Assembly: GCF_009914755.1 (NCBI RefSeq)
Contig: NC_060941.1
DNA: 64,000 bases
Direction: 5' to 3' (one strand)
From: the human T2T-CHM13v2.0 reference genome, Homo sapiens
Shown piece after piece: positions 58,044 to 64,000 of the stretch. Positions within the stretch are counted from its first letter, which is position 1. Each line of letters starts with the position of its first letter. A program made the position numbers and the translations under genes. A model generated the notes under the pieces. It did no database searches. It saw only the letters and a list, made by a program, of their open reading frames with translations, and was not told the DNA's origin.

Positions 58044-60284
58044 AATACTCGCACTTTCTGACTACTGTGGTCTGCTGTTTCTCTTCATCCTACTAGTACT
58101 GCCACTGGAAACTAGCTCTGCATACTTTGATGAGTCTCTGTCCCCCTTGGAATGATAGCTTACTGGTTTGTATCACTATGCCTGCTGAAACGGTTTTTCC
58201 ACGTGTAAGTTCCCAAGGTTATTGTTCCTTTTAATTTATTGTGTATAGTTCAGCCTTGTTCCCAAGGCACTGACATCATTGAAAAGTGGCTGGTTACAAA
58301 GAAGCTTCAACTCCATACTAGAGCAGAATCAGACATTCCAGATCATCTATGAGACTTGGTATCCTTTACTGCCTAGAGACCCCAATAAAGGAACTCCATA
58401 TCCTTGAAGCTATACAGTAAATAGAGGGCTTTGCCCCTGCTCTGCAGTTCCAGCAGCTGTGAAGGACAGATACCATTGCATGAGCTATGGATCACCTACA
58501 GGAGGAAGGAAACTCATTCCAGTAACCAGGGGAAGAGTTGTGGTGAATCATAGACTGTTACTGAGGGAGAGAATTGTGTATAAACCCTCTGAGTAAGTTA
58601 AGAAGGAGACTGTATTTCTTAGATGGCAAAGAGTTATGGAAGAATGTTACCTGCAAAGATTCACCAGTCCCTCAGTTGCCAGGTGCAGAATCAGATGTGA
58701 ATGAATCAATGCCACAACTAAAAAAAACCTGAAAGGCGTTTCTTGCCATGATAAACTTCAGGCTAGAAAAATGGAAGCACCTGTGTGCACAGGTGGTATT
58801 TTCAAGATAAAGAAGTGAATTGCAGCTAAGTGACTTGAATATTTACAAAAGATGCAAAGTGACCTTGGTATATCAGAATAGGAGTCTACCAAGGTTTGCA
58901 GTGATTTCAAAAGGCCTATGCACACAGCATTTGTAAGACGTACAAAAATCACTCAAGACCTGGGCTTTCTGTACATAAAAAAGAAAAAAAACCGCTCAGA
59001 TACAATGCAAAATCAGTTTCTTAGGGTGACAGTAATGCGAAGATTGCATTCACATTTGCACATGAATATAATATGGGAATTCACTGGAGACAGTATCTGT
59101 GATCTCAGCTATCTATATATGCCAACATAAACAGTGTAGGAAAATGCAGTATGTTCCAGAAAGCTCAGAAATATATATCACAAGCATATTTTGTGTTATC
59201 TGAAGCCATTTTTAACACTTGATAAAGCTTATTTTATTTGAACATATAATGCTTTTTATAAGAATCAGATCAAATAGAAGGACAAGATGAATTGCATTCT
59301 AGGGTTTTTAAAGACATACTGATTTATTTAAGAAAATATTAAGCAACTACTAAATTCTACTCAGTATGCCAAATACTGGGGATTAACATATGAAAAAACA
59401 ATCACTCTTGTCTCTAAACAATTCAAAATTAAATGGGGGAGATTCACGTAAGTTGATCATTATAATGGAAAGTCATATGGTCAAAAGAATAAAGGAATAA
59501 GTAAAATCATTGTTGAAATATATTGTGAATGGCATGGCCAGCCTGAGGAGTTGCAAACAAAATTTGCAAAATTGGCACAGAGGCAACATATTGTCATGAT
59601 GGAAACAGCTCGCTATGCAACTGATGAACGTCACATTTAGTAAAAAAGCTGAATAATGACTACATTTTTGTCCTGTGTTGCTGACAGTAGAATATTAAAT
59701 TTGCAAGAAGTAATTCCATTGATAAATGTTGATTAAACAACATTGTGTATAAGATTCTGTCCTCAGCACAGCCTAGCACATTAGAATGTAATTTTTAAGA
59801 AGGAAGAAGTAACTGTCAATGTGAAAGTCACAGATAATTTAGGAAAAAGAAATCATAACAACTCAAAATGTCTAATGTTATATAAAATGATATATTTAAA
59901 ATGTATTCTAGGAAATATTGACATCAATAGGTTGAGAGAAAAAACGCAATGAACAGGAGCCATTCCTGAGTATGCAGGGAAGAGAAGATCTCTTTTTCAT
60001 GCTTAATCATTTATTTGTATTTGTAATATACCTTGTTCTCAGTGTTTTTGAAAAAATTTACAAGAATACATTTACTGAAATAAAAACTAGAAATAAAAAC
60101 AGAAAATCAGACAAAGGAAATACAAAGACAACAATGACAAACATAAGTCAACCCATGTGCCGTATTTACACTCTGAATTTAAGTCTTCTTTTCTCCCATG
60201 AAAAAGAAGACATGATTTGATTTGTTATCTCTTTCCCATGATCAGATATCAGAGGAACACTGAATTCTACAATTTCTTTGGACC

Positions 60285-60388
60285 ATCAGCATTAGCATCT
60301 GTTGGAAGTGAAAACAATTAGAATCTGCATTTAAACAAGATCCCAGACGATATATATGCACATTAGTTTGAGAAGCAGTGTTCTAAAA
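60285..60388. mobile_element. MER5-like hAT MITE relic
   Basis: agaatctgcatttaaacaagatccc...gcacattagtttgagaagc. Confidence 0.6.
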
Positions 60389-60636
60389 GTCATCCTTCAG
60401 CCGGGATTTCATACAGGAAATCCTGAGTGATATAATCGTCCATGTAATGAATGACATAAACAATACATGTTTCCTATAGAAATTTTTGAAATGACAAAGG
60501 ATATGATAAAACTAAACCCAGGGCAGAGAGTTCTTGGACATGACCTTGCAAATGCAATTCATAAAAGAAAAATTTGGTACACTGGACCCCATCAACATTT
60601 AAAACTTTTGCTCTGAGAAAAAACTTAAGAGGATGA

Positions 60637-61038
<402 letters not shown>

Positions 61039-61094
61039 TAACACTCAACAGCAAAACAAACAAACAATTGAATTCAGAAATGAATGGAATACAC

Positions 61095-61908
<814 letters not shown>

Positions 61909-63129
61909 AACATGAACAGACTTTTCACCAAAAAGAGATATAGACAGCAAATAAACTCGAAAAGATGTTCCACTGAGAAAGTGTGAGTTAAAACCACAAT
62001 ACCATATCACCACCCGCCTATTAGAACAGCTGAAATAAAAACCAATGCTTACACCAAATGCTGGTGAGGATGTGGATAAACTGTCTCTCTCCCACACTGC
62101 TGGAGGGAATGTCAAAATGGTACAGCCACTATGGAAATTAATTTGGCAGTTTCTTATCAAAGTAAACATGCACTTACGTACAACCCAGCACTCACACTCC
62201 TGGGCATCTATCCCAGAAAAATGAAAAGTTACGTTCATGCAAGAACTTGTACACAGATGTTCACAGCAGCTTTATTCATAATAGCCAAAAAGTGGAAACA
62301 ACATAAATGTCCTTCAGCAAGTGAATGGTTAAATATAGTCTGGTGTATTCATACAATGTAATAGTACCACTCAGCAAAAACCAAACAAACAGAAAAAGGA
62401 ACTATTGATACACACAACTGGGATGAACTCAAAGCCATCTCAAAATACATACTGTGTAATTTCATTTATATAACTTTCTCAAAAAGAAAACATTATAAAG
62501 ATGGAAATTAGATTTTTGATTTCCATGGACAGAGACAAGGGAGGGGAGCTGGTGTTTCTATAAAGGGATAGCCTGAGGTAGTTTCTTTGTAGTGACTGAA
62601 CAGTTCTGTCTTGGTTTATGGTGGTGGTTGCACAAATCTATAAATGGAATCAAATTGAATAGAACTACACACACACACATACACACAAATGAACTTACGT
62701 AAAAACTGGTGAAAACGAATAAGATCGATTGTCCAGTGAGCAGTATTGTACCAATGTCAATTTCCTGCTTTTGATTTTGTACTACAGTGATACAAGATGT
62801 CACCAGATGGAACCTGGGTAAAATGTATTATGGGATTCTATGTACTATTTTAGCAGCTTCCCAGGAGTCTATAATGATTTCAAAAGAATTTAAAACATAA
62901 AAGATCATTATAAACCCAGATGACAACGGAATCTTGCAACCAAGTTATCATGACACACCTATAATTCACTTATCCCATTATCGCCAGAAGTAGCATCAGC
63001 AACAAAAGTTGGAACAAAGGGGAAACAACAAAAATTGGTACTAGAAAACCTAGTGGGGGAGCTTGCAAAAATTTAGTTCAGATCCAGACATTGATGATAG
63101 AAATGAAAAGACTGACTTCAGATCTAAGT

Positions 63130-63636
63130 TGTGATGGTTAATATTGACTGTCAACTTGATTGGATTGAAGGATGCAAAGTATTGTTCCTGGGTGTGTCTG
63201 TGAGGGTGTTGCCAAAGGAGATTAACACTTGAGTCAGTGGACTGGGAGAGGCAGACCCACCCTCAACCTGGGTGGGCACCCTTTAATCAGCCGCCAGGGA
63301 GGCTAGGATAAAGCAGGCAGAAGAACATGGAAAAACTAGACTAGCTTAGTCTTCCGGCCTCCTTCTTTCTCCCGTGATGGATGCTTCCTGCCCTCGAACA
63401 TCAGACTCCAAGTTCTTCAGCTTTTGGACTCTTGGAGCTTCAACTACAGATTGAAAGCTGCAATGTCGGCTTCCCTGCTTTTGAGGTTTTGGGATTTGGA
63501 CTGGCATCCTTGCTCTTCAGCTTGCAGACAGCCTATTGTGGAACTTCACCTTGTGTGAGTCAATTCTCCTTCATAAACTCCTCTTTATATGTACATCTAC
63601 CTTATTAGTTCTGTCCCTCTAGAGAACACTAACATA
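63130..63636 (+). mobile_element. MLT2A/B (HERVL) solo LTR
   Basis: tgtgatggttaatattga...tcaacttgattggattgaagg...ctctagagaac; perfect 5-bp TSD taagt. Confidence 0.9.
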
Positions 63637-63697
63637 TAAGTGTTGAAAACTATATTCAGTATCCAAAGGTAAGTGATACATTCAAGAGAAGACCAGG

Positions 63698-64000
<303 letters not shown>

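Overview
Primate (very probably human) genomic DNA, intergenic or deep-intronic, dominated by interspersed repeats: 13 Alus, L1s of many ages, MaLR/ERVL/ERV1 solo LTRs, DNA-transposon MITEs and MIR/L2 relics. I cannot identify a host protein-coding exon or the chromosomal locus. The centrepiece is a full-length young LINE-1 (L1PA2/L1HS boundary) on the minus strand at ~19364-25465, inserted into an older L1M with a 13-bp TSD. ORF1 (338 aa) and antisense ORF0 (71 aa) are intact. ORF2 has no frameshift but carries D600H in the RT catalytic triad and a nonsense change S1081*. The element has two poly(A) tails separated by a 36-nt Alu-derived segment (probable 3' transduction) and 5 extra nt at its 5' end. 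Other structures: a 1.55-kb quasi-palindromic AT-rich VNTR at an L1/L1 breakpoint; three 5'-inverted (twin-primed) L1s, one with a fold-back hairpin at its junction; a ~0.7-kb direct duplication bracketing a 1.5-kb spacer; and nested LTRs carrying three octamer motifs. I found no convincing new biological system. The best leads are retrotransposition and rearrangement footprints, plus a possible L1-antisense-promoter transcript. Subfamily names come from recalled consensus sequences, and boundaries of old elements are approximate.
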